A stretch of DNA of 64,000 nt from Antedon mediterranea (Eukaryota > Animalia > Echinodermata). The stretch spans positions 4,650,001 to 4,714,000 of the forward strand of contig NC_092671.1 in NCBI RefSeq assembly GCF_964355755.1. The letters are read 5' to 3'. The position numbers and the translations under genes are program-made. The first letter of the stretch is position 1; every line of letters begins with the position of its first letter. The notes beneath the pieces were generated by a model. That model saw only the letters and a program-made list of their open reading frames with translations, had not been told where the DNA came from and searched no databases. Below, piece after piece: positions 11,460-24,686 of this stretch.

Positions 11460-12577
11460 CAACCCTGTTGTATTATGCCGGTTTTCTTAGCAAATATCAG
11501 TTCAATCCTGTTGTCGTCTGCTGGTGTTCTTAGCACATGCCAGTTCAATCCTGCTGTCTTCTGCTGTTTTTTTAGCACATGTCAGTTCAATCCTGTTGTC
11601 GCCTGCCGGTTTTCTTAGCACATGTCAGTTCAATCTTGTTGTTGTCTGATTGTTTCCTTAGCACATGTCAGTTCAATCCTGTTGTCCTCTGCCGGTTTTC
11701 TTAGCACATGTCAGTTCAATCCTGTTTTCTGCTGGTTTTCTTAGCACATGTCAGTTCAATCCTGTTGTCGTATGCTGGTTTTCTCATCATATATCCGTTC
11801 AATCCTGTTGTCGTCTGCTGGTTTTCTTAGCACATGTCAGTTCAATCCTGTTGTCGTCTGCTGGTTTTCTTAGCACATGTCAGTTCAATCCTGTTGTCGT
11901 CTGCTGGTTTTCTTGGCACATGTCAGTTCAATCCTGTTGTTGTCTGCTTGTTTTCTTAGTACATGCCAGTGCAATCCTGTTGTCATCTGCTGGTTTTCTT
12001 AGCACATGTCAGTTCAATCCTGTTGTCGTCTGCTGGTTTTCTTGGCACATGTCAGTTCAATCCTGTTGTTGTCTGCTTTTTTTCTTAGTACATGCCAGTG
12101 CAATCCTGTTGTCATCTGCTGGTTTTCTTAGCACATGTCAGTTCAATCCTGTTGTCATCTGCTGGTTTTCTTAGCACATGTCAGTTCAATCCTGTTGTCT
12201 GCTTGTTTTCTTAACACATGTCAGTTCAATCCTGTTGTCATCTGCTTGTTTTCTTAGCACATGTCAGTTCAATCCTGTTATCTGCTGCTTTTCTTAGCAC
12301 ATGTCAGTTCAATCATGTTGTCGTCTGCTGGTTTTCTTGGCACATGTCAGTTCAATCCTGTTTGCCGTCTGCTGGTTTTCTTCTTAGCACATGTCAGTTC
12401 AATCCTGTTGTCGTCTGCTGGTTTTCTTGGCACATGTCAGTTCAATCCTGTTGTCGTCCCCTTTTTTCTTAGCACATCAGTTAAATCCTGTTGTTGTCTG
12501 CTGGTTTTCTTAGCACATGTCAGTTCAATCATGTTATCTGCTGGTTTTCTTATCATATCAGTTTAATCCTGTTGTCT
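11460..12577. repeat. 43-bp-unit minisatellite (~26 copies, some 40-bp variants)
   Basis: GCACATGTCAGTTCAATCCTGTTGTCGTCTGCTGGTTTTCTTA; period 43 at 11830/11873. Confidence 0.95.
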
Positions 12578-15010
12578 TGAAAATATTGTATTTTCGGTAG
12601 AAGATGTTCAGAAAAAATTTAATCAACAGCAACCAAACAAAGCTCCTGGTCCAGATGGTGTCCATCCTATGGTTCTGAACCAATGTGCCAGTTCTCTAGC
12701 TCATCCACTTACTATCATTTTCAAGCTCTCACTTGAGACAGGTAAATTACCATAAGATTGGAAGACTGCAAATGTCACTCCAATTTTCAAGAAAGGATCC
12801 AAGAAGAAAGCTGAAAATTATCGGCCCATCAGCCTAACATCAATACCATGTAAAGTTTTTGAATCAATCATCAAAGACAATGTGCTTGGCTTTGTTAAAG
12901 GAAGTAGAATGCTGTCTAGGTGTCAACATGGATTCCTAAGTGGTAGGTCTTGTCTAACAAATTTGCTACAAACATTCGAAACAGTCACTGAAGCTCTAGA
13001 TAGTGGTGAAGATGTGGATATCGTATACCTTGATTATATGAAGGCGTTCGATAGCGTTCCACATCGAAAACTAATTCACAAGATGATAGGCTATGGAATA
13101 TCTGGTAAGACTATAAATTGGATAGCTGATTTTCTGGCAGGAAGAACACAGAAAGTAATTGTAAGAAATACAGCATCCAAGCCGGTAGATGTAGTGAGTG
13201 GAGTCCCACAAGGATCAGTCCTTGGCCCAATCCTATTCATCCTCTTCATAAACGGTCTTCCAGATAAAATTACCAGCGCAGACTTTAACATGTTTGCAGA
13301 TGATGCAAAGATTATAAAGACCATCAAAGAAAAATCGGATTCAAGAAAACTTCAAATTGATATCTTGATAGGGCTCAGGAATGGTCAGAGGACTGGCTGC
13401 TAAAATTAAATACCAAGAAATGCGAAGTGCTCCATGTTGGTAGAAAGACAGAGAAATCAGAATATTGTCTAAATGGAGAAACGTTATTGGCAGTAAACGA
13501 AGAAAAAGACCTTGGTGTTATCTTCACTGGCGACTGCAAGCCAAGCCGACAGTGTGCTGCAGCAGCAGCTAGAGCGACGAATAGTATGAGAACTGTCAAA
13601 AGAACATTAAAAAATATTGACAAAGAAAGTTTTTCAGGTCATGTACAAGGCATACATCCGTCCACATATGGAATACTGTATACAGTCCTGGTCTCCTTAC
13701 TATAACAAAGACAAAGAAATCTTGGAGAAGGTGCAGAGAAGAGCTACAAAGATGGTCAAGTCAATAAGTGATCTACCATATGAAAAAAGGTTAGAATATC
13801 TTGATCTTCAACCATTAGAGACAAGAAGACTACGAGGAGATTTGATTGAAGCTTTGGGGCTTTGAGGATATTGACCCAAAAGATTTATTTAAATTGTCTC
13901 ACAACATCAGAACCAGGGGACACAGCTTAAAACTATATCGTCCAAAACTTAGAGGAAATCTTATGTGCAGGGTCAACTTTTTTACCATCAGTCATACATC
14001 ACTGGAATTCTCTGCCTGAATATGTAATACAAGCCTCTTCAGTGAACACCTTTAAGTCTAGACTTGACAACTATTTTCGGCTAGAAATGGAATCTGATAG
14101 GCACTAGCCTAAACTATTTCCATCAAACATTAAGGGCCTGTTTCTATAGAGCAGAGAATACGGTTTTGAATACCGTTCTTTTCAAGAACCGTTTTTTCTT
14201 GCCAGCAGAAATGGGTCCCCACAAAAAACCACAAAAAAGAACCGATCTTAAAAACGGTTTCAAAAACCCCAATTGATTGCGGTCTCGATCGCAAAGAACC
14301 GTTCTGAAACCGGTTTCCGCGGAGCAATTTTTAGCTGCAACACAATCGCGGTCTCAATTTGACCCCAAAAACTGAACTCTGCAGTCTGCTGCACTGGGAT
14401 GATTGCGGTCAACTCGCAGTCAAACTCGCGCGATAGGACCTAGGCCTAAGTCATTTTTATTTCTCTAGATAGTGAGTATTTTATTTAACTAAAAAATGTT
14501 GACCGATGCTATTACGAGGTTCGTAAAAAATATGTGAAGGAAAGAAGATGAGGGGACTTGTCGGGAGTCGGAAGAAAGACTCGCGTATAATAGGCCTACA
14601 TGTTTTTAAGAATATTGTAAAGCGTGTGAAAAATAGACGAGTTCAACTTGACAATATCAGAGGGTGCGACGTAGGCCTACCTATACTTTAACCAAGGACC
14701 ACAATAACGTTTCAGGTAATAATTCCCCCTTCTATGATGAAATGGATGCTATTTCTTGGGGATCGCGCTATGCGAAAAAAAGTAAACATGACCTCGATCA
14801 AATCGCGCTTCCGCCTAACGAACTGCATTGTGGTGTATATAATGACGTCATTCATAACGAACGCACATGGACGGAACCGGTTTTATTGGAGTAAAAATTG
14901 AGCTGCAACGCGATCTTTATTTATAAACAACAGCCGAAACCGGTTTCCAAAAAACCGTTCTTTTTTTTATTTTTCAATAGAAACAGGCCTTAAGTGTAAG
15001 TGTAAGTGTA
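12578..15010 (+). mobile_element. 5'-truncated, decayed CR1-clade LINE (ORF2 reverse transcriptase) with (TAAGTG)n tail
   Basis: KAPGPDG, NYRPISLTS, QHGF, KAFDSVPH, SGVPQGSVLGP, FADD, RRLRGDLI; in-frame TAA at 12753-12755 and several frameshifts; tail at 14991-15010 separated from the body by a Harbinger insert. Confidence 0.93.
14134..14990. mobile_element. PIF/Harbinger non-autonomous element with a Myb/SANT-like gene remnant
   Basis: TIR GGCCTGTTTCTAT; TAA TSD at 14131-14133 and 14991-14993; KDHNNVSGNNSPFYDEMDAI resembles the C-terminus of trihelix Myb/SANT-like domains. Confidence 0.85.
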
Positions 15011-17349
15011 TAATTAGATTATCTTTAGATAGATAACAAATATCACGTAATGTTGTTTGTCGTGTATAATATTACATTGACGCTTACTTAGCTTCATTGT
15101 ATTCATTTTGATTAATGTAATTTAATTATATCTAATAAACATAGGCCTAACCCTGGGAAATTACCTACCGGACAGCAAACACATGAACAATAACTATCTG
15201 GACAGTTACCTCTTTAGCCCAACTACCCTAACCACAAAGTCCCTTATATTGTATCTTTTTACGTTGCGCATTCATAATAGGAGTGTCTTCTGAATGAATA
15301 CGGGTTTGCTTGCTGGCCGTAGAAATGCATTGCCCTTCACGGGTGTCCAGTTAATACGAGTGTCCGAATAGGAGTGTTCCAAAGGATGGCACTACTGTAG
15401 ATCTACTATTATAAGTATGACACGGCATGTGCGCCAAATGTTTTCTGCTTGGTAATATATAGCCGAATCGCCGTGTGAAACCTATAGACTGTGACACTAC
15501 CCAGAAAGACAAAGTGATAATGTTGGTTGATAGTCAAGAACAGTTCTAATGTTATTTATGTCTATTTATTACTATTTAATCATCATCATCAAAATCACAG
15601 TCATCATCGTGCATCATCAGGCCTACTGACTACATTAAACATGTTTTTGAGCATTGCTTCTTTTATTAATGTACCCACATACAATATACCACAAAATTGA
15701 TTAATACACTATTTGTCTTCATTCAAACTATTGAATATTAATTAATTAAAAAGTAAACGTAATATTGATAGACCAGTCGTATTTGAGGTGTAGGTGTCAC
15801 TTTTTGCAGAATTTACTTCATGTACTTTTTCTGGGGTAATTTTGGCTGTAGAATACGAATATGAATGTTGATCGCGACGGGGAGGGGGAGTTTTTGAGAT
15901 ATGAAGGGTCAAAGGTCAAATTAGGTCAAATAAGTCCTTTTATGAAGAGGAAATCGTTTAGATATGTTAAATGCAACAGAAATGTGTTGTCTAGTTGATA
16001 TAGTCCAAATAAACATCATATCCAAAATTTATCGAAATCGGACACCGGAAAGTGGGTTAATTGGCATAAATTCAAAATGGCCGCCATTTACCATTTGAAG
16101 TTCCCATATCTCCTCAACGATTGGTTTTAGACCACCTAAGTGCATTACGAGTAAATATAAATGTGACATTAAACTTTCAAACTAGCATATTTAAATTACC
16201 ATATGACGTAACTATGACGTCATAAGGTAGTTGTGACGTCATATATTATGTTATAACTGCTTAAATGACATTATCCTATGCTAAAAAAAATGTAGAAACC
16301 GCAGGAAAACAATTTTCTAACATTTTCCTGTTGAAATGAACATGATACGGTCAGACATCAAAAAGGTTAATTAGCATAAATTCAGAATAGCCGCTATATA
16401 AATGTGGTATTAAACTTTCCAATTAATATTTAAATTACCATATAACGTACCTATGACGTCATAAGTTAGTAAAGTATGATGTCAAAAGAATGCGCAATTG
16501 GCATATTCTAAGAAAAAATATGTTTTAAATCTCATGAAAATAGTAAAACATCCAGGTTAAGATCATCAACTGTGTATCCGCATGGGCTCTTATCCCCTCG
16601 TCGGGGAGCCTATCCCATATCTGGGAACACAGGTACTTTTTGTCGAGTCGGGGAATACTGTAAAAATCGTTGGCGTTCACTTCGTAGCCTCAGCGCCTAG
16701 AAAACCGCGACGTTCCATTGACCGCGAGTACGTCGGAGGGCTATTATGCATTCATTATTGCCAGCTATCCAACTATTAAACAATAGGTACGCACTTGTCT
16801 GGCGGTATCCCTTTGTACGAATCGTTCAACGTTGTGTCCAAACGCGTGATATCATATTCCATCCAGGGACCAAAATGTGTCGTAGTATTACTTTCCAGGC
16901 GAAGTTTACTGACGGTTACGTTATGTACTGTGTATCGACGTATGCTACAGCAAAAACGAATTATGTTAATCTGATACGTTTGTAATGAGTTTAATGTCGT
17001 TTAATTCCACCCTTACCTAAAAGCCATCCTAAATCTGGAGGGGCGAAGCAAATTTGGTTAAATGACACCTCTAGATGGCCGGAAATGGTATACTCTCGCA
17101 CATAACATTCATGATAAATAGCACCTCTAATTAGTCGGAAAAGACACTCTCATGCAGCATGCTACCAATGAGCAAAACGATCGTATTCGTACCTTTTTTG
17201 ATCATTCACTTGCGTTCAAGTTCAATGTGAACGTACGTACGTCTAGGGGAATCCCCAAAAAAAGCACTTTGTGTGAGAAGGCAAATTCAATGCTTATTAT
17301 AGCTCTACCTATATTTATTTACAGCAATTTGAAGAAATTAAATATTAAT

Positions 17350-18058
17350 CAATCTTCTAATAGTAACCCACACTCTAATAATAGTAACCCTCCTTTTAAT
17401 AGTAATAGTGTAACCCAGTCAATAGTCAATCTATAATAATAACAACCCACTACTCTGATAGTAATAAGGAGATAATGCATGTTGATCTCGGGTGTGGGGA
17501 AGGATTGAGTGTTTTTGAGTTTATAAGTTAGTTAGATAGTTAGTTCTGTTCAAACAAATGTGTTTATCCGTACTGTTTTATTATTTTGCTATGAGCTGCT
17601 TTGAAATATATATTTATACTGGGTAACCTCTTCAGTCAAAGACTGGTCTCCCAGAGGGCCCAGTTGGTGATCAGTGGCTGTTATGTACTAATACACCGGG
17701 GTAACCCCCTACTCGTCTCGAAAGATGTACTAGGTTCTTTAAAGTGCACACGAGCAAGTTGTGTACACTGGACCTACGGTTTATAGTCCTTATCCGAGAA
17801 GACTCGTTCTACCACCAGAACCATGGAGTGAGTGAGCCTCGAACCCCTGCCGATGTTATGGCTACGTGATTACGGTTCCACTGTCTTAACCGCTCGGCCA
17901 CTCACCCACCGGAACCGGAATAGTTGGGGTGGGTTACTATTTTCAAGTAATAGTAACCCACTACTCTAATAGTAATCCCCTTCTAGTAGTAACCCACCCT
18001 AAAAAACAATCAAAGAATAATATAATAACCCAGGGTTACAATTAGAAGATTTACGGTA
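17350..18058. mobile_element. Nested Tc1/mariner-type MITE remnant with TAGTAACCC repeats
   Basis: AATCTTCTAATAGTAACCC is inverted relative to GGGTTACAATTAGAAGATTTACGGTA; left end truncated. Confidence 0.55.
17616..17910 (-). mobile_element. Full-length tRNA-derived SINE with Deu-domain-like core
   Basis: Head with A box TGGCCGAGCGG and B box GGTTCGAGGC; core AAACCGTAGGTCC...GCACTTTAAAGAACC...GAGTAGGGGGTTACCCCGGTGT; partial copies at 28.9, 40.4, 43.4 and 62.3 kb. Confidence 0.85.
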
Positions 18059-19864
18059 TACTTTATGCATGCTGACTGCCGTGATCTAAACAATATAGGT
18101 ACGTACGCTATTGTCTGGCGGTGTCCTTTGTACGAATCGTTCGTGCCCCAGCTCACTTTATGAGTACGATACACGCATCAATATCATGTTACATCCAGGG
18201 ATTTCAGGTGAAAATCGGCAATTCATTTGCAACTCGTAAATTTACAGACACGTATCGCTCGACATACGCTCATACAGTGAAGAAGGTATCGAGTTATTCA
18301 CGAACGAATTTTTCAAATTAACCTTTTGTACTGTGTGGGGCACGTATTTGGAGGATTTTCAGAGATGAGGGTGAGGTATTGGGCATGTCGGGAATGGGGG
18401 TTCGCCCGAACCATAAAAACCCCTCTGGCTACGCGCCTGTACATATACATAGAAAATGCAATAGTTCATCATCAAAATACAGTATTACTATTATGGAATC
18501 AAACCACCATACACGCAAATTCCACATTTATCAGTTGGTCTTTGACATTTTAAACCATAATTATTATATGATGCTGGCTGTTTATTTTGTAGAATACATT
18601 TGGTATGATATAGCCATGTTTATTGGAATTATGTTGGTTCAGGGACAGAGAAACATTGTTTTATGTGATTTTCTACAGCTAGTTCTTTAGGGCAACCTTA
18701 TTTTCTTTTATTGTTTAAAACATGATCTCAGTCAGAGAGGAAATATGTTCATGCTAGATGCAGCTTTCGTAATAAATAATACATTCAATATCGTTGTAGT
18801 ATTTTCACAATGTTTCCACCTGAACAATGATGTCACCTGTGAGAAATCGTTGGTTGATAGGGTTGCTGAATGTATTGTTATAATCAGCTGAATATACGGG
18901 TAGTAGTACACAGCATTTATTAGATTTATGTATACAAAAATAAATGTTTTAGCTGTAAGACTACACACACGACACCATAATACATCTACACCTACGCTAT
19001 TATTATGCCAGCTAGTTACTACACCAGTACTAGGCCTAGTAGTATAGTAGTAGCCTACTCTAGAAGCCTGTCAGTAATAATAATATAAGTTCTAGGCCCT
19101 TACACCACCTAAAAATCGGGGGAAAAAAATTTAAAAACAGTAGTACACATGTTTATGTAAAGCTAGCGCTGCATGCAAAATAAGCTAGAGAAAGATGTTT
19201 CATGCATACGGTCACAATACGCTAGGCTAGTAAAAGCCTACCCACTATTCACTTGAGCGAACTTTATATGCGGTCATCGCGGTTTAAACGTCCTTTGTTT
19301 ACATACGTCGTACGCTGGAAGCATTCATATTCGGGCCTAGACAATATCATTTTTGATCACTGAAAACGCGAAAATGAAAAGTTCTAACTAACTTCATACT
19401 ACACAGTGTATTACTAAAACAATTTCAGCATATAAAACCGATCAGATTTATAAATTATTTTCACATTTACGTGAATAAAATTAACAGCAACGAAGTCTTT
19501 TTTAATCCAATTTACTCATAATTATGTAGAAAGTGCGCCCTCTATTGTCTAAATTTGTTTTATTTTGATTAATTTCGGCTCTCAAAAATCAAGATTTTAA
19601 ACGTTTATATCTTTAAAAAGCCCCCACGTTAGTCCGATCAACAACCAGATTCGTAATCTACGTCAAAAAATGCACTAGAAAAAGTTGGTTTGGAAAATTC
19701 TGCAGAAAAGTGACACCTGCCTCCAGATCCGACTGGTCTATGAATGAATAGAGCCGTATTGTTAAAGTGGTCACGTGGTGAATTTCAGTGTTTTTCTCTG
19801 GTGTTTTAGGGCAGATCATGTAAACCATCCTATTTTCTGATTTATGTTTTTTAACCGAAAAACA

Positions 19865-20010
19865 AAGCTTGAATTTGGTTCCACTCGGATGCAATGCCAC
19901 GACGTATGCGCAACAATTGAATTAACCAATGACAACAGTTCAGGTGATTGGTCAATTCAATTGTTCGGTCTACGTCGTGGCATTGCATTCGAGTGGAACC
20001 AAACTCAAAC
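19865..20010. mobile_element. Fold-back MITE related to the 43644 family
   Basis: TTTGGTTCCACTCG.ATGCAATGCCACGACGTA and its inverse around a CCAATGAC...GTGATTGG centre. Confidence 0.7.
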
Positions 20011-20495
20011 GTTGTGATTGGTCAAATGACTTGCGTTGCGCTTACTTCCTTGTATTGCATAAACCCTATTTTCCACTTGGTGAACTAAACTTTCTTCAGT
20101 TCTGATTTGTTGCGCATTTTTTAATGAAATTATAAATGATTTGTTTCGTGTTCCCAAAATTAATTTCGTTATAATGTACGGTAATTATGTAAAAGGTTAA
20201 TCATTATAATAATGTGCATAAGTAAACAGATAATCTTTGCAAACATTATTTTATTACTAAATTTAATACTATGCTTTGCTTGACCAAACAATAATAATGT
20301 TTCCTTGTCTGCAAATTGTGTTAACCGTTTACTTCGTAATCAGCGTCCTCCGTAATCAGCTATTACTGTAATATTGAATGATTAACTAACAAATACAATA
20401 TTTGTTGACGGAGAGACCAGAATGTAAGTCATTATAGCCTATGATTCTAATGGTTAATGATAAGTATACATTTTTATGGATAGGCAGTAGGATAT

Positions 20496-20693
20496 ATGTT
20501 GATATAAAGTTTGCGGTACACCATTATTATTAGTTCTGAAAAAGAACTGTTGAGTTTCTCGACGTTTCGATCAATATGCTTTGAGCGTCATTAGGAGTGA
20601 GAATGCAGAAAGTCCTGGAAACTGGAGATATAAGTGGAATAGGGTGGGACTGGTGTGAAAGCTAAAACGATAGCAAGTTCACATTGGGAGAGA
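20496..20693 (-). mobile_element. Penelope-like element terminal (pLTR) fragment
   Basis: Contains a minimal type I hammerhead; the same terminal sequence recurs as a fold-back at 53384-53500. Confidence 0.65.
20558..20597 (-). ncRNA. Degenerate minimal type I hammerhead ribozyme
   Basis: CTC-CTAATGA-C-GCTCAA(AGCATA)TTGATC-GAAA-CGTC^GAG; core G5>A and one stem II mismatch, so probably inactive. Confidence 0.65.
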
Positions 20694-21748
20694 TGTTAAG
20701 CCTTGAAATGTGCAAAAAGTCACATTTGTGCAAACTACCACATTTGTGCAAAAGAATGTTGCCTTCAAATGTGCAAACAACCCGTGACTATAGGAATTAG
20801 GTTATCATTTTTAATAAACGATTTTGGTTGAAAAAACGATTTTCACTTTTGTAAGATTTCAAGTCAAGTCAAGTCAAGTATCATTTATTATCATTTGTTT
20901 TAGGAAAAACATAGAAATTCTGTTTGCTCTGTTGGCGGAGCACAATATCCAACGGACACAACACAAACTCAAAAACAAAAACATTACAAAAAAAAGTGTC
21001 TACATCATATTTAAGGCTCTAATAGATCCTGGAAAAAACTATTTGTAAATCGTGCCTTATTGGCCTTAATAGAACGAAATCGCCGACCGCTGCGCATCAG
21101 CTGGAACATACTAGAGGCCGGATGAAATTGATCATCTTTGATAGCCACTGCCTTTTTCAGAAGACGATCCGAAAATATGTTCTCCAAAGGCAGTTGTGTA
21201 GATCAAATTATACGCGATGCGGTCTTGACTATTCTATTTAGGTCACGCTCTTCATTTTCGGTAGCGCTACCGAACCATACCGTTAAAGAATACGTTATTA
21301 CACTCTCTATAACTGACCTATAGAAGGACGACATTATTTCAGAGTTTATACCAAATGATTTAAGTCTACGTAGGAAGTAGATTCTTCTTTGGGCCTTTCT
21401 AATAATGTTACGTGTGTTAATATGCCACTTCAGATCATTTGAAATATAAATACCCAAGAATTTAAATTCTTCAACAAACTCAACTGATATACCATTAATA
21501 AATATTGGATATTTGACATTAAGTGATTTACGGAAGTCAACAACCATTTCTTTCATCGCACATTTAACGTTTTTACATTTGACGGCGTGATGTTTGCACA
21601 TTAGTGGATTATACATTTTTACAGATTTGCACATTTGAAGGTGCCATGTTTGCACAAATGTGGTTGTTTGCACATTTGAAGGCAACATGTTTGCACAAAT
21701 GTGGTTGTTTGCACAAATGTGACTTTTTGCACATTTCACGGCTCAACA
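20694..21748. mobile_element. TGTT...AACA TIR element with ATTTGTGCAAA subterminal repeats (Ginger-like termini)
   Basis: Long TIRs TGTT.AGCC.TGAAATGTGCAAAAAGTCACATTTGTGCAAA; no TSD visible. Confidence 0.7.
20858..21558 (-). mobile_element. Rex/Babar-type LINE 3' fragment nested in the TIR element
   Basis: KEMVVDFRK, FKFLGIYIS.DLKW, KAQRRIYFLRRL, FYRSVIESVITY.L.VWFG; AATAAA and a (CTTGA)n tail. Confidence 0.85.
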
Positions 21749-21784
21749 CGGACACCCGTCATGGTTTAAAAAAATCTACAGTTC

Positions 21785-21848
21785 ACCGACAAACTGAAAA
21801 TCTATATAATTGCAGACTTTTACAGATCTTGAGAAAGTACCAAATTTA
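21785..21848 (-). pseudogene. Short GPCR relic (ICL2-TM4)
   Basis: Matches FGTLSRSVK...IFSLS coding DNA; the adjacent sequence resembles the 5' flank at 6320-6430. Confidence 0.5.
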
Positions 21849-24328
21849 CTTTATTGTACTTTGTCTATCGAAATGATGTGTGACAACATTGTAAACAGTG
21901 TTAAGCACAGCACCACACATTCTGTCAATTTTTATTGTAATGTTAATCCGTAGCGTGAAACACACATTTCTAATAAATAATGTCAGCAAACAACAAAGAG
22001 CGGTGCAAAACAGGCATTGGAAAGCAGAGCAGGATGTTGTAATGATTTCACGGGTAACTAATGCACCTCTCTAAACGGTGGTGTTACATGATCAATATTT
22101 TGACGCACACTTCACCAAGCGAGCTGCCTAATTTTGCAGTAACTGCAGATGCCGTATAAACTGCTTCTTTGGAAGACCATGCAAGATTGATATCAAGACA
22201 ACTAGTAAAGAATGCGTGAACAATAAGTCCATCTGACCCTCGAAACATGAAGAAAGTGGAACACAATGCGTTCAATTATCGTCCTTCCGAAATTTAATTA
22301 AAAACGTACTTTATCAATTCTCGGTATAGCCTAATTATTATTTATTGAAAACAGCATTTTGATATTAATTGCTTTTTTTAACTTTAAATTATTCATTATC
22401 TTAGATGGTACAGTTAATAATATCAATGGACAAGTTTCATGTTTTGGAATTGAAAATCGTATGGTAACTGTATAATCTATACATAAATTTACGTAAGGGC
22501 AAAATTCGGTAAATCGCGCGTTACTTCTAGAATGTTTACTCGATGGTATATAAAGTTGGTTCGTATTTTCGGTACTGATTTTAACCACCTGATGTAACCC
22601 TGTTTACTAAGTAAATTGAGTTAGATAATTAGTTATTGATAATTAAAAAAAATTTAGGTTCAAGGATTTGCCCCAAATAGGGGTGTTTTCCGATCGTGGT
22701 ATACACTGTCTAATTGATAAATACCCGCACACAATATTACGAGGATGTTTCGCATTTTCCTATCTCTTCCTACGATAATTGATTTTAATAGCTGAAAACC
22801 GGTTGAACAGTTCGAGTACAGCATCATAATGTTGAAGACAGGCCGATTTTCTTTAAAAAATACTATTTGATAGATTTAATAAACGTTTATACAAAAGGAT
22901 TGCTTGGCGATGAATGGAACATTCCAATCTCTCCCCACATTTGGTATAACACAAGTAGGTAAATGTATGTGCCCTTCGGGGATAAATCAAAAACCTTTGA
23001 CATTAAATACATAAACCATTTTTGTCCCATTTGAAGCACAATTGTTTTTCCTGTGAGTGTCACGGTGGTGGTACTGTTTAAACACATAATTAAACTTTAA
23101 TACTGACAGTTGCTTCTTAATAGTATTTGTTAATAATTACAAAAAAATATAAAAGTCGTAGTGGTGTATCGTTACATGTACTTTACTATTTCAGTCTACT
23201 ATGACAGTGACAGCTTCAATAAAGTATTAAATCGCAAATGTTTAGTGGTTTATTATTTATAAAACATAAAAACAAATATGTCGTTAAGGATACATAATAT
23301 ATTTAAAAATAGTTCCTCTTTGCACCCATCCTCTTACCATCCCTCAACCCTAATGTTACATACAAAACACAAATTGGGTTTGTTTACTCAAGTAATTCCC
23401 AGGGTACTAATTTTAGTTGGCTACATAAATCACCGTGTCTGTTTATTACGTAAATTTGAAATCGCCAGTTTTCGCGCCGCGGCTCTAGCCAGCTATGTCC
23501 CAGGAGGACACATTCATTAATAAGCTGTTTCATAGCGGTAGCTTTAGTATCTAAGGCTGACAGTTTTGTGAATTTGGAAACTCGACTATAATTTATAGGT
23601 AGCTGCTGGACCCAAAAAACGTCTGGGAGAAGAGAGTCTATATGAAAGCCTTTGCTGATAATACAGTATTATTGAGATGTAGACGGAAATCTGTAAAATC
23701 TTGTTTAATAAATAATAACTTCGTTTTTGCTGTCAACCAGGCCGGTATTATAATAAGTCACTGTCAAATAATCATTCGATAATGGTCAAAACTTTATTTT
23801 GGCTCTGTCAACATAAAGGGAAGTATTTACAATGACTTTCTTTTTTATGACTGTCAATCTAGGCCAATGTTATAATAATACGCCGTCAGATATTAAATCA
23901 TTGAAACAGTCCTGGGTCCAATCAATTATCGTCAGAAGGTGAACAATCAGTCTAGGTAGCAGCAGCAGATTATTAGGAACGCCTGCTCCATTAATTAATC
24001 CAGAAAAAGGTTTGTACATTATCTATTTGTTTATTAGCCTTCTCCTAGCACAATTATATTTTCTTTAAAAAAAGGTTTTATAAGTGGTTTCAACATTTAT
24101 GATAGTAATGTTACAGTTCTGTGTCTGGACGCAAGTTCATAGACCTACTAGTTATATTATTCATATTAACTGATACTTACTCTTCATTTACCGTAAAGTT
24201 CAGTTTTAATGAAATATATAATATAAATTGGCTTCGTAACAATTAATTAGTGTTGAAAAGGTTAGTTTTTTGGTGATAGGTGAAAATGGCATGTAACTTC
24301 GTAATCAATTTATTTTTTTTTTGTATAA

Positions 24329-24686
24329 AGGCCCAATTACACTATGACGATAACGACGGACGATATATAAGCATGCATTTCTTTTACATAAACCAAAAGA
24401 AATTAGAAAGGTTTTCGTTCTAGACCTATAGGATAATCATTTATGCTGTCTTTGATAAAAATAATGTTTTTCAAATTCCAATCAAATGACGTCATGATAA
24501 ATAAAAACAATAAAATCGCTGTATTGTCACGATATTATTGGTCTTACTAATCATGACGTCATTTGATTGGACGTGTGAAAATATAATTTTCATCAAAGGA
24601 ATTGTTTATATTTCTTTTGGTTTATGTATTAAAAATGCACATTTGTCTATTTATCGTCGATTGTTATTGTCCTAGTGTATGGGCCT
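24329..24686. mobile_element. Fold-back Harbinger-type MITE
   Basis: AGGCCCA.TACACTA.GAC termini, long internal inverted repeats, TAA/TAT flanks; an internal fragment recurs at ~31310-31480. Confidence 0.7.

Larger units (their letters stand above)
15769..19740. mobile_element. ~4-kb composite TIR element with TAG...CTA termini and 3-bp TSD (Academ-like)
   Basis: ~45-bp TIRs TAGACCAGTCG.AT.TG...AGGTGTCACTTTT.GCAGAATTT; TGA at 15766-15768 and 19741-19743. Confidence 0.75.

Noticed and set aside
11665-12566. Cys-rich ORFs in the 43-bp array
   Set aside because: They are translations of a satellite in several frames, with no splice or domain context
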